Assembly (NCBI GenBank): GCA_019662005.1
Contig: JAIFWG010000003.1
Location: forward strand, 1-36,928
Source of the DNA: Candidatus Parcubacteria bacterium
Lineage (GTDB): Bacteria > Patescibacteriota > Minisyncoccia > 2-02-FULL-40-12 > GWA2-44-9
Length of the DNA: 36,928 nucleotides
Direction of reading: 5' to 3'
Both the position numbers and the translations under genes were made by a program. The notes beneath the pieces are model-generated. The model was given only the letters and a program-made list of their open reading frames with translations, ran no database searches and had not been told where the DNA came from. Of the stretch, positions 1 through 8,194 are shown piece by piece. Positions within the stretch are counted from its first letter, which is position 1. Every line of letters begins with the position of its first letter.

Positions 1-496
1 GAAAAGCCGGAAAATTCCAGCCGTTAACCGAAAGTTTTAAATTTCCTTTTTTTAAAATAACTAGATCAGTCCAAGAGCCTTCAATCTTTTCTACTGGTTC
101 CCATTTCCCGGTTTCAATAAAATGCTTTGCCTGTAAATCATAAAGATTCCCTTGAGAGGCATATTGCTGAAGCTCGTGAGGAGGGACGAAGAAATCAGCA
201 TCCCATCCAGTAATTGAGCTAACGGAAGAATGCTTTTTCCCACATTCAGGGCAGTCATAAAACCGAATGTCTTGGCGTTCTTTCGTAACGCGTTCAACGA
301 CTGCTTGTTCTTCACAAGCCTTGAAATTTTCATAGCAAACTTTTTGTAAATCTTTTTGCACATTATTTGTAAAAGCGATTAAATCATCGCCTTCAGCCAT
401 TTCGGTTTCAACTTCAGCACTAAATCCCGGCCTTGAATTTTCATAAGAACCGCGTGAAATGACGCCACTAAATGAACTTGAGATTTTAATTTTCAT
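1..496 (-). CDS. Partial ORF running off the window; possible PD-(D/E)XK / Cas4-like phage exonuclease
   Basis: Own translation, not in the track: MKIKISSSFSG...RFYDCPECGKKHSSVSSITGWD...YASQGNLY..., open to base 1. The ATG overlaps the upstream stop (ATGA). FY...SVSSI...A.QG resembles the N-terminal YPSVT..I/A..GT segment of phage exonucleases; catalytic motifs would lie outside the window. Confidence 0.5.
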   Translation of the reverse strand, partial: MKIKISSSFSGVISRGSYENSRPGFSAEVETEMAEGDDLIAFTNNVQKDLQKVCYENFKACEEQAVVERVTKERQDIRFYDCPECGKKHSSVSSITGWDADFFVPPHELQQYASQGNLYDLQAKHFIETGKWEPVEKIEGSWTDLVILKKGNLKLSVNGWNFPAF

Positions 497-654
497 TTCG
501 TCACCATTCTTTTCTCCATCCATTCGTCTAAAACAGATTTTCTGATTCGCCACTGTCCGCCGATTTTGGTAAACGGAAGCTGTTTTCGTTTGATCAATTT
601 GTAAATGCTTACAAGATGAAACCTTAAATAAAGTCCCGCTTCTCGAGGTGTCAT
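493..654 (-). CDS. Excisionase-like / HTH_17 DNA-binding protein (53 aa; possible TTG start at 666)
   Basis: Own translation MTPREAGLYLRFHLVSIYKLIKRKQLPFTKIGGQWRIRKSVLDEWME matches the T..EA..YL....TIY.....G.LP..KIG..WR....LD.W pattern. Confidence 0.85.
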   Translation of the reverse strand: MTPREAGLYLRFHLVSIYKLIKRKQLPFTKIGGQWRIRKSVLDEWMEKRMVTK

Positions 655-662
655 GACGTCAT

Positions 663-860
663 TCAATTAAGTGCTGGCCCCCATGCTGTCATTAAAGTTT
701 TTATTTCTTCGTGTGTAAACTTCCAGTGAATCTCTTTTTTGATTAACACTGAGATGCGTTTTTTAAGTTGTAAATATTTGCGCGGATCTTCGAACTTGTT
801 TTTAATTAAACTTCGAATGAACACAGTCGTTACTTCCTCAAGCTTTTCGTCGTCTGTCAT
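663..860 (-). CDS. Hypothetical protein (65 aa)
   Basis: Track ORF that fits the tightly packed leftward operon. Confidence 0.6.
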   Translation of the reverse strand: MTDDEKLEEVTTVFIRSLIKNKFEDPRKYLQLKKRISVLIKKEIHWKFTHEEIKTLMTAWGPALN

Positions 861-924
861 TTTGGGCCACCTTTGTAAGTGAAATAACCAGCAGACAAAT
901 AAAAATCCAATGCTCTAAACTCAT
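838..924 (-). CDS. Small membrane peptide (28 aa)
   Basis: MSLEHWIFICLLVISLTKVAQNDRRRKA: hydrophobic core with a basic tail; ATGA overlap with the upstream gene. Confidence 0.45.
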   Translation of the reverse strand: MSLEHWIFICLLVISLTKVAQNDRRRKA

Positions 925-1079
925 GCGTCCACCTCTAGGTCATAACGCGCATCTTCAGAGGCACATTTTGCACAAGAACCCTCTTCGTCCAGCTCATACC
1001 TACAATCAGGACAGGTTTCTTTTTGGCAAAGCTTATCGATCATTTTTTGAGTGGTTCCTGGAGGTAAGTCCCAGTTCAT
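921..1079 (-). CDS. Small Zn-finger protein (52 aa)
   Basis: MNWDLPPGTTQKMIDKLCQKETCPDCRYELDEEGSCAKCASED...; two CxxC motifs; ATGA overlaps at both ends. Confidence 0.7.
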   Translation of the reverse strand: MNWDLPPGTTQKMIDKLCQKETCPDCRYELDEEGSCAKCASEDARYDLEVDA

Positions 1080-1306
1080 ACTTGAATGCCCTTGGCTTTA
1101 AGGGCCTGAATATCTTCGGCACTTAATTTCTGATTGGTTTGGGACATGATTTCTTTATTGACGATGGCAAGCCCGTAGTTTCTAACCTCAGTTTCAAAAC
1201 GGATTTTGTAATCTACATTTCCGCTTACTGGACTGATTTCAGCCCCTATGACAGTTCCAACCATTGTTATCAATACTTGATCTCCGATTTTGTATTCTTG
1301 GTTCAT
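1076..1306 (-). CDS. Hypothetical protein (SH3/KOW-like YKIGDQV start)
   Basis: Track ORF 1076-1384 trimmed to ATG 1306, which has an AAGGAG RBS and overlaps the upstream stop. Confidence 0.65.
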   Translation of the reverse strand: MNQEYKIGDQVLITMVGTVIGAEISPVSGNVDYKIRFETEVRNYGLAIVNKEIMSQTNQKLSAEDIQALKAKGIQV

Positions 1307-1923
1307 AGCGATCTCCTTGTTAGTTTTTTGTATTTTTTGATGTATTCCTGAGTTAAAAGCGGGGGATTTTTGACTCGTCCGCATCCTGCATTCCAGCAGG
1401 TGAGAACGTTTTCAGTTGAAACCGGAAGTTTTTTTGATTTTAAAATCTGAGGAATGCGCGTTTCGAGGTACCAGTGCGCTATTTTTTGTGCAATTTCACG
1501 ATTCAGGGCATCTTGATGTTGATAAGAAGTTTTATGGGCAGAATTAAAGTCTGAAACAACACCGGAATGTAACTGAAATAAACCTAAAGCACGCCCACCA
1601 TCGCCAATCACACGCGGACGGTTTGAAGATTCTAAAGACGCAATAACTGGAAGACTAATTGCACATGAATTTGGGCAATTTGCAGTGACTTGAGAATAAG
1701 TTATATCAGGTAGGGTGAATAAACTAACTAAACCAATGCAAAAAAACGCTGTAAATCTATGCGGGGTAAAGGAAAGACGGTTGTACCGAACGTCCCATAA
1801 TGTATCCAATGTCTCGTAAATCATTGCAGCATAAAGATTTGTGCCATATTTACTAACTGTGCCGATTAGGAAAGATAGGGCAACTAAGCCAGCTAAAATG
1901 TGCAAATCCGTAAATGTGGGCAT
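1303..1923 (-). CDS. Lytic transglycosylase / lysozyme-fold muralytic enzyme with hydrophobic N-terminus
   Basis: IASLESS (catalytic E-S), GDGGRALGLFQL and WNAG correspond to SLT motifs I-III. Two hydrophobic segments precede the domain. Confidence 0.8.
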   Translation of the reverse strand: MPTFTDLHILAGLVALSFLIGTVSKYGTNLYAAMIYETLDTLWDVRYNRLSFTPHRFTAFFCIGLVSLFTLPDITYSQVTANCPNSCAISLPVIASLESSNRPRVIGDGGRALGLFQLHSGVVSDFNSAHKTSYQHQDALNREIAQKIAHWYLETRIPQILKSKKLPVSTENVLTCWNAGCGRVKNPPLLTQEYIKKYKKLTRRSL

Positions 1924-1924
1924 T

Positions 1925-2179
1925 TTATCTCCCGAACGGTTTTTTAATTCTTGAAATGCGTTCTAAATAAGCGCGGTAGTCTTGTAATTTATTGAAATTC
2001 TCTAAAAGAGGGGAGCTTTCGCCTTTAACCCATTTATCGACAGCGGTGTCACTGACGGTCAAATCCTTTGCCAATCGATATTTCGACATTGGCCTACCGT
2101 TCTCCTGCCTCATTTTGAGAATTTCCATTACAAGCTCATTTCCGGCTTCAATTCCAGCTTCAGCCATAGAGGTTTGCAT
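1925..2179 (-). CDS. XRE-family HTH regulator (Cro/CI-like)
   Basis: MSKYRLAKDLTVSDTAVDKWVKGESSP is a canonical XRE HTH. Confidence 0.85.
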   Translation of the reverse strand: MQTSMAEAGIEAGNELVMEILKMRQENGRPMSKYRLAKDLTVSDTAVDKWVKGESSPLLENFNKLQDYRAYLERISRIKKPFGR

Positions 2180-2180
2180 T

Positions 2181-2351
2181 TCATAATACCTGCTTCCGCT
2201 GCATTATCGGCTCACCGCCGTAGAACTTTAGAATTATTTTTGAGAATGGAAAGGCGACCGAGCCGCTGAACCTTGGACGGTTCGGATTGCCCGAATATGT
2301 GGTTACACATATCAGCGACCCGGTCTTAAATTTTAATTTTAAGAGTTTCAT
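2181..2351 (-). CDS. Leader ORF (56 aa) spanning the structured RNA, coupled to the HTH gene
   Basis: MKLLKLKFKTGSLICVTTYSGNPNRPRFSGSVAFPFSK...; the TGA is 1 nt before the HTH ATG (TGA-A-ATG); GGACGG precedes the start. Confidence 0.5.
   Translation of the reverse strand: MKLLKLKFKTGSLICVTTYSGNPNRPRFSGSVAFPFSKIILKFYGGEPIMQRKQVL
2256..2325 (-). ncRNA. Three-way-junction RNA, c4/CI-like antisense regulator candidate
   Basis: 14-bp closing stem GACCGGGTCGCTGA/TCAGCGGCTCGGTC (2 G-U pairs), hairpins TATGTG-TAAC-CACATA and TTCGG-GCAAT-CCGAA, and unpaired CCGTCCAAGG complementary to 2357-2366. Confidence 0.6.
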
Positions 2352-2385
2352 TTTTTCCGTCCAAGGAATTCATATGCATGAGAAA

Positions 2386-2414
2386 CATTTAACATAGACA
2401 CTTTCCTTTGTCAA
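2386..2414 (-). promoter_or_regulatory. Putative sigma70 promoter for the leader-HTH-transglycosylase operon
   Basis: TTGACA (2414-2409), 17 nt spacer, TAAATG preceded by TGn; the -10 is imperfect. Confidence 0.5.
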
Positions 2415-2453
2415 CATTGATTTTAAGAACTGCACAAAAAACCGGGCAGTTAA

Positions 2454-2744
2454 TTAATAGCGTTCGACTTTAGCGATTGCTTGCTCCAATATTGAAATGC
2501 TTGGAGTGGTATTTGTTACATCAAATGAATGGAGAGATTTTAAAGCCTGCTTGGAAGCTTCTAACAAATCAGGCGTTGCCGCAATAAGATAGGCGTTGGC
2601 CATAGTTTGCCTGAGATTTTTTCCTGATATTACAGCGCAAACGCTTCCATCACTTGCAATCACGTGAACTTCGCAATCACCTGTGAAATGTCCATGCTTG
2701 ATTGGTTCTACTCGCCATGGTGCTGGAGAATATTGATTTTCCAT
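2454..2744 (-). CDS. Phage protein of the (T)PGPW...ANARLIAAAPDLLEA family
   Basis: SPAPW...MANAYLIAATPDLLEASK motif; AAGG RBS. Confidence 0.75.
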   Translation of the reverse strand: MENQYSPAPWRVEPIKHGHFTGDCEVHVIASDGSVCAVISGKNLRQTMANAYLIAATPDLLEASKQALKSLHSFDVTNTTPSISILEQAIAKVERY

Positions 2745-2746
2745 AT

Positions 2747-3025
2747 TTAACGACCTTCTGCTTTGTCGATAACTTTTGCTGCTTTAGCAAGAGCATTATC
2801 AAAAACTTGTTCAACTGGTTTGCCATCTGGTGAGACTGTATAAAACAATTCTTTAAGAGCTTCTAACAGCTCCGGCGCTGCTGCAATCACATGTGCGCTA
2901 GCCCTTGCATCAGGTCTCTTCATGACTTTTGCGATTATTTTTTCTCCGTCCATAATCCAGAAGGATGAGTCGATTTCCAATTCATAATTCCATGGCCTCT
3001 GTTTATGCCTCGCTTTAGTTTTCAT
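2747..3025 (-). CDS. Paralog of the adjacent IAAAPELLEAL-family protein
   Basis: RPW...ASAHVIAAAPELLEALK motif; GGAGG RBS. Confidence 0.75.
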   Translation of the reverse strand: MKTKARHKQRPWNYELEIDSSFWIMDGEKIIAKVMKRPDARASAHVIAAAPELLEALKELFYTVSPDGKPVEQVFDNALAKAAKVIDKAEGR

Positions 3026-3029
3026 GGTT

Positions 3030-3233
3030 TTAAGCCTCCCTTATTACATTGCGGAAAGCCAAGTCTGCAAGCATATCAACTGCTTTTTGTTTTGACCAAA
3101 AGAAAACGGTTTTATTGGCTTTCCAAGTCTTTCCGCCTTCAATTTCATATTGGCCATCAAAATCAATTGCATAACGACCAAAGCAGGTATCAGCTTTTCT
3201 GATTGCGCTAGGTTTGCTAAGAGTTATCTTCAC
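3030..3233 (-). CDS. Hypothetical protein (67 aa)
   Basis: Track ORF with GTG start and AAGGAG RBS. Confidence 0.65.
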   Translation of the reverse strand: MKITLSKPSAIRKADTCFGRYAIDFDGQYEIEGGKTWKANKTVFFWSKQKAVDMLADLAFRNVIREA

Positions 3234-3251
3234 GGTTTAATTCTCCTTTGG

Positions 3252-3449
3252 TTAAAATTTTACCTGTATAGCATCTTTGATTTCAAAAAGTTTTGGACCG
3301 CCTAACTGTGGTTGATAGCCTTTTTCTCCGGCAAGTACAATTTTGTAATAACACTTTGGCCCAACTTCAACGATTTGATCATCTCGTGTATCAACTCGTG
3401 CTATTTGTCCTTTTAATAATTTCTTATCGCAAGCGAAACATTTTCTCAT
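3252..3449 (-). CDS. Hypothetical protein with Cys motifs (CFAC...GPKC)
   Basis: Track ORF with GGAGAGG RBS. Confidence 0.7.
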   Translation of the reverse strand: MRKCFACDKKLLKGQIARVDTRDDQIVEVGPKCYYKIVLAGEKGYQPQLGGPKLFEIKDAIQVKF

Positions 3450-3459
3450 AATACCTCTC

Positions 3460-3600
3460 CTAGTCTTTATCTTTTAACTCTGGTATGAATTTCGCTAAAG
3501 CTTTTAATGTTAATTCTTTGATGGTCATATTATTGTCATCTGCATATTTTTGAATTAAATCCTTCGTTGCATCCTTAATTTCAACGATTAACTTTGCCAT
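3460..3600 (-). CDS. Ribbon-helix-helix (CopG/Arc-like) regulator (46 aa)
   Basis: Own translation MAKLIVEIKDATKDLIQKYADDNNMTIKELTLKALAKFIPELKDKD: beta strand plus two helices in the RHH pattern; AGGAGG RBS. Confidence 0.75.
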   Translation of the reverse strand: MAKLIVEIKDATKDLIQKYADDNNMTIKELTLKALAKFIPELKDKD

Positions 3601-3620
3601 TACTCCTCCTGGTTAGTAAT

Positions 3621-3649
3621 AATATACGACCGTCCGTCCGTAAAGTAAA
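3621..3649 (-). promoter_or_regulatory. Leftward early promoter with tandem ACGG repeats in the spacer
   Basis: TTTACT, 17 nt, TATATT; the spacer contains (ACGG)x3. Confidence 0.6.
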
Positions 3650-3710
3650 GGACTATTTTGCGATTATTTCTAAATTCCCGCGCTTTTAATTTAAAACCTA
3701 ATAAAAGAAG

Positions 3711-3740
3711 TTGACTATTGTAAGTAATGATTGATATGAT
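3711..3740 (+). promoter_or_regulatory. Rightward promoter for the terS/late operon
   Basis: TTGACT, 18 nt, TATGAT with an extended -10 TGn; the terS ATG is only 9 nt downstream. Confidence 0.65.
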
Positions 3741-3749
3741 AGGTATTAC

Positions 3750-4175
3750 ATGCCAGCGCTCTCAAATCCCAAACTTGAAGCTCTCGCCCAAACTTTCGTC
3801 AAACATCCCACCAAAAGATTCAACCAAACACAGTCTTATCTAGAAGTACATCCAAACTCATCTACAGCAGCAGCCCGCTCTTCAGCCCCTGAAGTCCTAG
3901 CCAAACCTAATGTAAGAGAAAGAATCCATGAGCTAATCAGACAGGAAGGTCTCGGTGAGGTTCCAATTCTGCGAAGATTCAATCGCTGGGTTTATGATGA
4001 AAAGAATCCGTCTGTAAGTTTGGATGCGACGAAAACGATTGCGAAGATGTTAGGAATGTTAGATTCTGATGAAAAGAATATGAACAATAATCAAGACCTT
4101 AACATTTGCATAAACATTATCGGACATTCGAGAGATGCGAATGGTCCTAACTCAATAGACATCAACACTTTATGA
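3750..4175 (+). CDS. terS: Terminase small subunit
   Basis: LSNPKLEALAQ...NQTQSY...AARSSA..VLAKPNVRERI is a terS HTH pattern; located directly before terL. Confidence 0.85.
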   Translation: MPALSNPKLEALAQTFVKHPTKRFNQTQSYLEVHPNSSTAAARSSAPEVLAKPNVRERIHELIRQEGLGEVPILRRFNRWVYDEKNPSVSLDATKTIAKMLGMLDSDEKNMNNNQDLNICINIIGHSRDANGPNSIDINTL

Positions 4176-4218
4176 GTTATTGTGATTGTTTACATAACAA
4201 AGGTTATAGGACTCATCA

Positions 4219-5919
4219 ATGAGTGAGTCATTGAGTAATATTCAAGCCGGGGGTGCGGCTGACGGCGGGGCCGCGAAGGAAAGTACCGGTAGTTATAATA
4301 GTATTCCTCCCCATAACATTTCTGCCCAATCCGAACCTTCATCAAAACTAAAAACGAAAGATGAATTGAAGCAATTCAGGCTAGATAATTTGAGGCGGGG
4401 TCGTGAAGCGAAGCGAATGAAGAAGGCGGGGGTAGTTCCAGAAAAGCCTGTTTTAGAAAAAGCCCCGAAAAAGTCCGCTCAAAATATAGCCTCCCCGAAA
4501 AAAGAAGAAGTAAAAGAGAAACCTAAGCCTCAAATTCAATTTGATTTAAGCGTGAAGCAAGGGGAGGCACTTCAGAGCGCAGCGAAATTCTTGTTATATG
4601 GCGGGGCGAAGGGTGGTGGAAAGTCTTGGTTTTTATGTGTTTGGATGTTTCTGGCTGCGATTAAGTATAAGGGGAACAAATTATTTTTCTGTCGCAGACG
4701 TTCGGTTGATTTCACGAACACGACTTTAGAGACCTGGAGAAAGTCGATTCCGGCCCAGTATTACAGGGTAAACGAGCAGAAAAAAAAGATTTACATTTTA
4801 CCGACAAGAAGTGTCATTGATTATGGGGGGCTTGACGACCCTCTTTTGATTCAGTCTTTAAACTCTGCTGAATATGCTTATATAGGCATTGACCAAGCGG
4901 AAGAGATTGAGCAGGACTCATTCTCGATGCTTAGAGGCACGCTTAGACACCGGCTTCCTGACGGGTCGTGTCCTAAATACAAGATTCGGTTAACAGCAAA
5001 CCCGGCCCAGTGTTGGTTAAAAGATTTCTTTATTTTAAATCCCGAACCCGAAACTCAATATATCCCGGCCCTTCCGACAGACAATCCACATCTTCCGGAA
5101 GATTACGTGGAGAATCTGAGACAAGCCTTTAAAAACCGTCCTCATTTACTGGCAGCCTATCTTCACGGGTCATGGGATGATCTGAGTGGGAACGACACGT
5201 GTATCAGAGGTACCTGGATTGAAGAAGCAAAGAAGAAAACGGTCAGGGGCCAGGTTTCGAAGAGGATCATTGTCAACGACCCCGCCATTACGGGCGATGA
5301 GAATGTCTGTTTCCTGATGGAAAAGGCTGGAAACGTTTATTATAAAGCGGATGAACTGATCATTGAACACCGGAGACCGCTTGAGACAGCGGCCTTTCTA
5401 TCAGCTTACCGAAAGAGAACTCAGGCCCAGATCATCGCGGTGGACTGTATTGGTATTGGTCAGGGTGTTGTGGACGGCTTGAATCAGCTTGAAGAACCTA
5501 TCCTTTCGATTAATTCCTGTTCTAAACCGACGAGTCAACATAATCAGGTGAAATACGCGAATTTAAGGTCTCAGATGTGGTGGGAAGCTGCAGAAAAGTT
5601 TGCCAATAACAACGTGTCCCTTCCGGCAGACGATTTTGAGCTTGCGAGACAACTTGGGGCCGTTAAATTTGATCCTTCTGGAATCGGAAAATTGTATGTC
5701 CAGGATAAAGCGGAAATAAAGAAAAATTTAGGTCGTAGTCCAGACCGGGCAGACGCGTTTATCATGGGGATTTATGCTTTAGATTATGTTAACAGTCTTG
5801 ACCACCAGGAATATCAGGAAGCGTCAATTGACAGGGTAGGTCACGGCATTTTAATAGAATCTCACGAAGAAGATCTGTATGTCGGAGTGGGAGATGATTT
5901 CAGTGGCTACAATTTTTAA
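4219..5919 (+). CDS. terL: Terminase large subunit (PBSX-like) with low-complexity N-terminal extension
   Basis: Walker A YGGAKGGGKS, Walker B IGIDQAEE, LTANP, TDNPHLP, GSWD, and nuclease motifs DPA..G.D, VDCIGIG and RSPDRADA. Confidence 0.95.
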   Translation: MSESLSNIQAGGAADGGAAKESTGSYNSIPPHNISAQSEPSSKLKTKDELKQFRLDNLRRGREAKRMKKAGVVPEKPVLEKAPKKSAQNIASPKKEEVKEKPKPQIQFDLSVKQGEALQSAAKFLLYGGAKGGGKSWFLCVWMFLAAIKYKGNKLFFCRRRSVDFTNTTLETWRKSIPAQYYRVNEQKKKIYILPTRSVIDYGGLDDPLLIQSLNSAEYAYIGIDQAEEIEQDSFSMLRGTLRHRLPDGSCPKYKIRLTANPAQCWLKDFFILNPEPETQYIPALPTDNPHLPEDYVENLRQAFKNRPHLLAAYLHGSWDDLSGNDTCIRGTWIEEAKKKTVRGQVSKRIIVNDPAITGDENVCFLMEKAGNVYYKADELIIEHRRPLETAAFLSAYRKRTQAQIIAVDCIGIGQGVVDGLNQLEEPILSINSCSKPTSQHNQVKYANLRSQMWWEAAEKFANNNVSLPADDFELARQLGAVKFDPSGIGKLYVQDKAEIKKNLGRSPDRADAFIMGIYALDYVNSLDHQEYQEASIDRVGHGILIESHEEDLYVGVGDDFSGYNF

Positions 5920-6046
5920 TTGTGATGGGACAAGGAATTTAATCAACAAATTTAAACATATCAAGTTCCGGTTTCCGTTTTATTTTGATACTTGCCGGGA
6001 CTGCATCATTAAATGGGAGGAATTGAGTCATGGCAAAAGAAGTTGA
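5903..6046 (+). CDS. Small Cys-containing protein (47 aa)
   Basis: GTG start after GGAG: MATIFNCDGTRNL...DTCRDCIIKWEELSHGKRS; fills the gap after terL. Confidence 0.45.
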   Translation: MATIFNCDGTRNLINKFKHIKFRFPFYFDTCRDCIIKWEELSHGKRS

Positions 6047-6188
6047 TTATCAGGCCGGAGATTGTAACGAAGCGGCGGTTAAATCTTCACAAACTACTTC
6101 AAATTATAAGAAGGCTACGGCGAATCAATCTACGGATTATGAAGCTAATTTATCGGATAAATACACGAAGTCGCAGGATATTGAGTAA
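6030..6188 (+). CDS. Small hypothetical protein (52 aa)
   Basis: MAKEVDYQAGDCNEAAVK...SQDIE; GGAGG RBS; the stop overlaps the portal ATG (TAATG). Confidence 0.7.
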   Translation: MAKEVDYQAGDCNEAAVKSSQTTSNYKKATANQSTDYEANLSDKYTKSQDIE

Positions 6189-8194
6189 TGGACCCTAAAG
6201 ACCCAGAATCTCTCGAAAACGTTAAAGAAATCGAAATCACGCAGGACGTGATTGATTTCGTAACCGATCTTGATTCTGAAGTTGAGACCCACAAAGGGTA
6301 TCGTGGAGACTGGGAAGCTAGAATCGACAACTATACCCGAAAAAGGTACGGGATCAGGGCGAAAAAGAGTTTCCCGTGGGTAGGATGCGCGAATTTTGTA
6401 TTACCCCAGATTGATTCAGATATTAATCGTTTAAAACCCGCCTATATCAACCTCGCTTACGGGGTCTCTCCGATTGTGACCTTTGAACCGTTTGGCCCTG
6501 AAGACGTCTTGCCCGCCCGGAAAAGGGAACTGCTTTTTGATTGGCGCATGCGATCCAAAGTCAAATTCTTTAAGGAATATGCCCTTGGCGTGGATTACAT
6601 GCTGCACTGTGGATTTGTTGTTTTTTTTACGGGTTGGCGTTTTGAGACTCGAACCTACTGTAAATATTTAAATCTATCCGATCTTCCCCAAGATGTTTTA
6701 GATGCCCTGTATTTACCAGAAGCGACTGATGACGTTCTCTTTCATGTGATCGCAGAAGAGATGCTGCCAGATCTAAATTTACAGGAAAATGTAGATGAAA
6801 TTAAAAGGGTCGTGGCTGAATTTCGGGCCGGGAAAACAAAATTCGAGTTTGAATTCACTGAAATTTATGAGAACCGGGCGGATGTAAAAGCCTGCAATCC
6901 ACGCGAAGAGATTCTTTTTCCAGTGGATACGATCAATATCCAAGAAGCTCCATTTATTGACCGAAGATTTTATATGCGAAAGAACAAAATCAAATCTCTT
7001 ATGAAATCGAATAAATATATCACTTTCGATGACAACGAAATTAATTCTTGGGCCACGGACACCACAGAATCAAACGCTGATTACGTAAAAGCCGTCAGAG
7101 ACGGAAAATCTTTTCAGAATTATGACCGGGATGGGGAAGTGTGTTTAAGAGAACGCTGCACATGGTATGACGTAAACGGGGATGGGATTGAAGAACGCGT
7201 AATGGTGACTCATCCCGAAAGTAATCCGAGTAAGATTCTCAGATTCATTGAGAATCCTTATGATCATGGTCTATTTCCATTTACTGTTGTGAGGAGAGAA
7301 TTTAATGACGCGGAAATTCTTAGTTCCCGTGGTGTTCCCGCTTTGGATGATGATTTTCAAACTGGAATTTCAACTATCTTCAACCAAGATATCGATGCTG
7401 GCACTATTTCTACAACCCCTACGGTTGTGGCTCGAAAAAATTCTGTCAAAAATCTTAGAAATTTAAGATATGTGCCAGGTCAGGTTGTTGAAACTGAAAA
7501 TGGGGCAGCGGACTATACCGTGACGCAGAACCCGAATCTAGGGCAAGCGGGCAGGTTTGCATCCATGCAATATTTGAAGTCGTGGGCCAATGACCGAATC
7601 GGTAATACTACCGCAGCTATTTCTCAGGCGAATAATTCTCCCGGAAATGGGCCGCAAGGTTCTAAAACGGCACGGGAAGTTTCTGCAATCGAGTCCAATA
7701 GCGGAATGTTGCAATCGATGGATTTGCTTGTTTTTCAGAACCAGATGGTTGATCTTTATTTTCAAATTGATTCTCTTTATGAGCAGTTTGGAGATGATGA
7801 AGAAGAATTCATGATCACAAATCAACAATCCATCAAGGTAAGCCGCAGAGAAATTCAGGGAAGTTTTAATCTTATTCCCAATGGCCGTTTGGACAACGCA
7901 AACCCTGCGTTAAGAGCCCAAAAGATGCTTGCGATGCTTCAAATGTTTATTAACGACCCTTTCATTCGCCAGGATGCAATCAGGAAACTTTATCTTGATG
8001 ATTATGATGTCAGGATCTCACAGCAACTTTTAAAGAGTCCTCAAGAATTACAAGAAGATGCGATGCAGCAAATGCAGTCTCAAAATGATCAGTTACAGAC
8101 GGCTCTTCTCATGCAAAAGGGCAGAGATAATTTGGAAATCAGGAAAGAAGCGATTTTGGCTCCGATTACAGGCAGGAAATATGGGCCGGGCTAA
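6188..8194 (+). CDS. Portal protein (P22/SU10-like)
   Basis: 668 aa between terL and scaffold; FPWVGCAN, FEPFGPED, DVNGDGIEE, TAREV motifs; Gln-rich C-terminus. Confidence 0.9.
   Translation: MDPKDPESLENVKEIEITQDVIDFVTDLDSEVETHKGYRGDWEARIDNYTRKRYGIRAKKSFPWVGCANFVLPQIDSDINRLKPAYINLAYGVSPIVTFEPFGPEDVLPARKRELLFDWRMRSKVKFFKEYALGVDYMLHCGFVVFFTGWRFETRTYCKYLNLSDLPQDVLDALYLPEATDDVLFHVIAEEMLPDLNLQENVDEIKRVVAEFRAGKTKFEFEFTEIYENRADVKACNPREEILFPVDTINIQEAPFIDRRFYMRKNKIKSLMKSNKYITFDDNEINSWATDTTESNADYVKAVRDGKSFQNYDRDGEVCLRERCTWYDVNGDGIEERVMVTHPESNPSKILRFIENPYDHGLFPFTVVRREFNDAEILSSRGVPALDDDFQTGISTIFNQDIDAGTISTTPTVVARKNSVKNLRNLRYVPGQVVETENGAADYTVTQNPNLGQAGRFASMQYLKSWANDRIGNTTAAISQANNSPGNGPQGSKTAREVSAIESNSGMLQSMDLLVFQNQMVDLYFQIDSLYEQFGDDEEEFMITNQQSIKVSRREIQGSFNLIPNGRLDNANPALRAQKMLAMLQMFINDPFIRQDAIRKLYLDDYDVRISQQLLKSPQELQEDAMQQMQSQNDQLQTALLMQKGRDNLEIRKEAILAPITGRKYGPG

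Noticed and set aside
91..363. Track ORF of 90 aa
   Set aside because: A longer frame from ATG 496, coupled to the upstream gene and open to the window edge, is the better call.
493..654. Evidence of an integration module
   Set aside because: An excisionase-like HTH alone is insufficient; no integrase or att site is visible, so lifestyle cannot be called.
6013..6198. Track ORF of 61 aa
   Set aside because: The 6030-6188 frame has a GGAGG RBS and a TAATG overlap with the portal.
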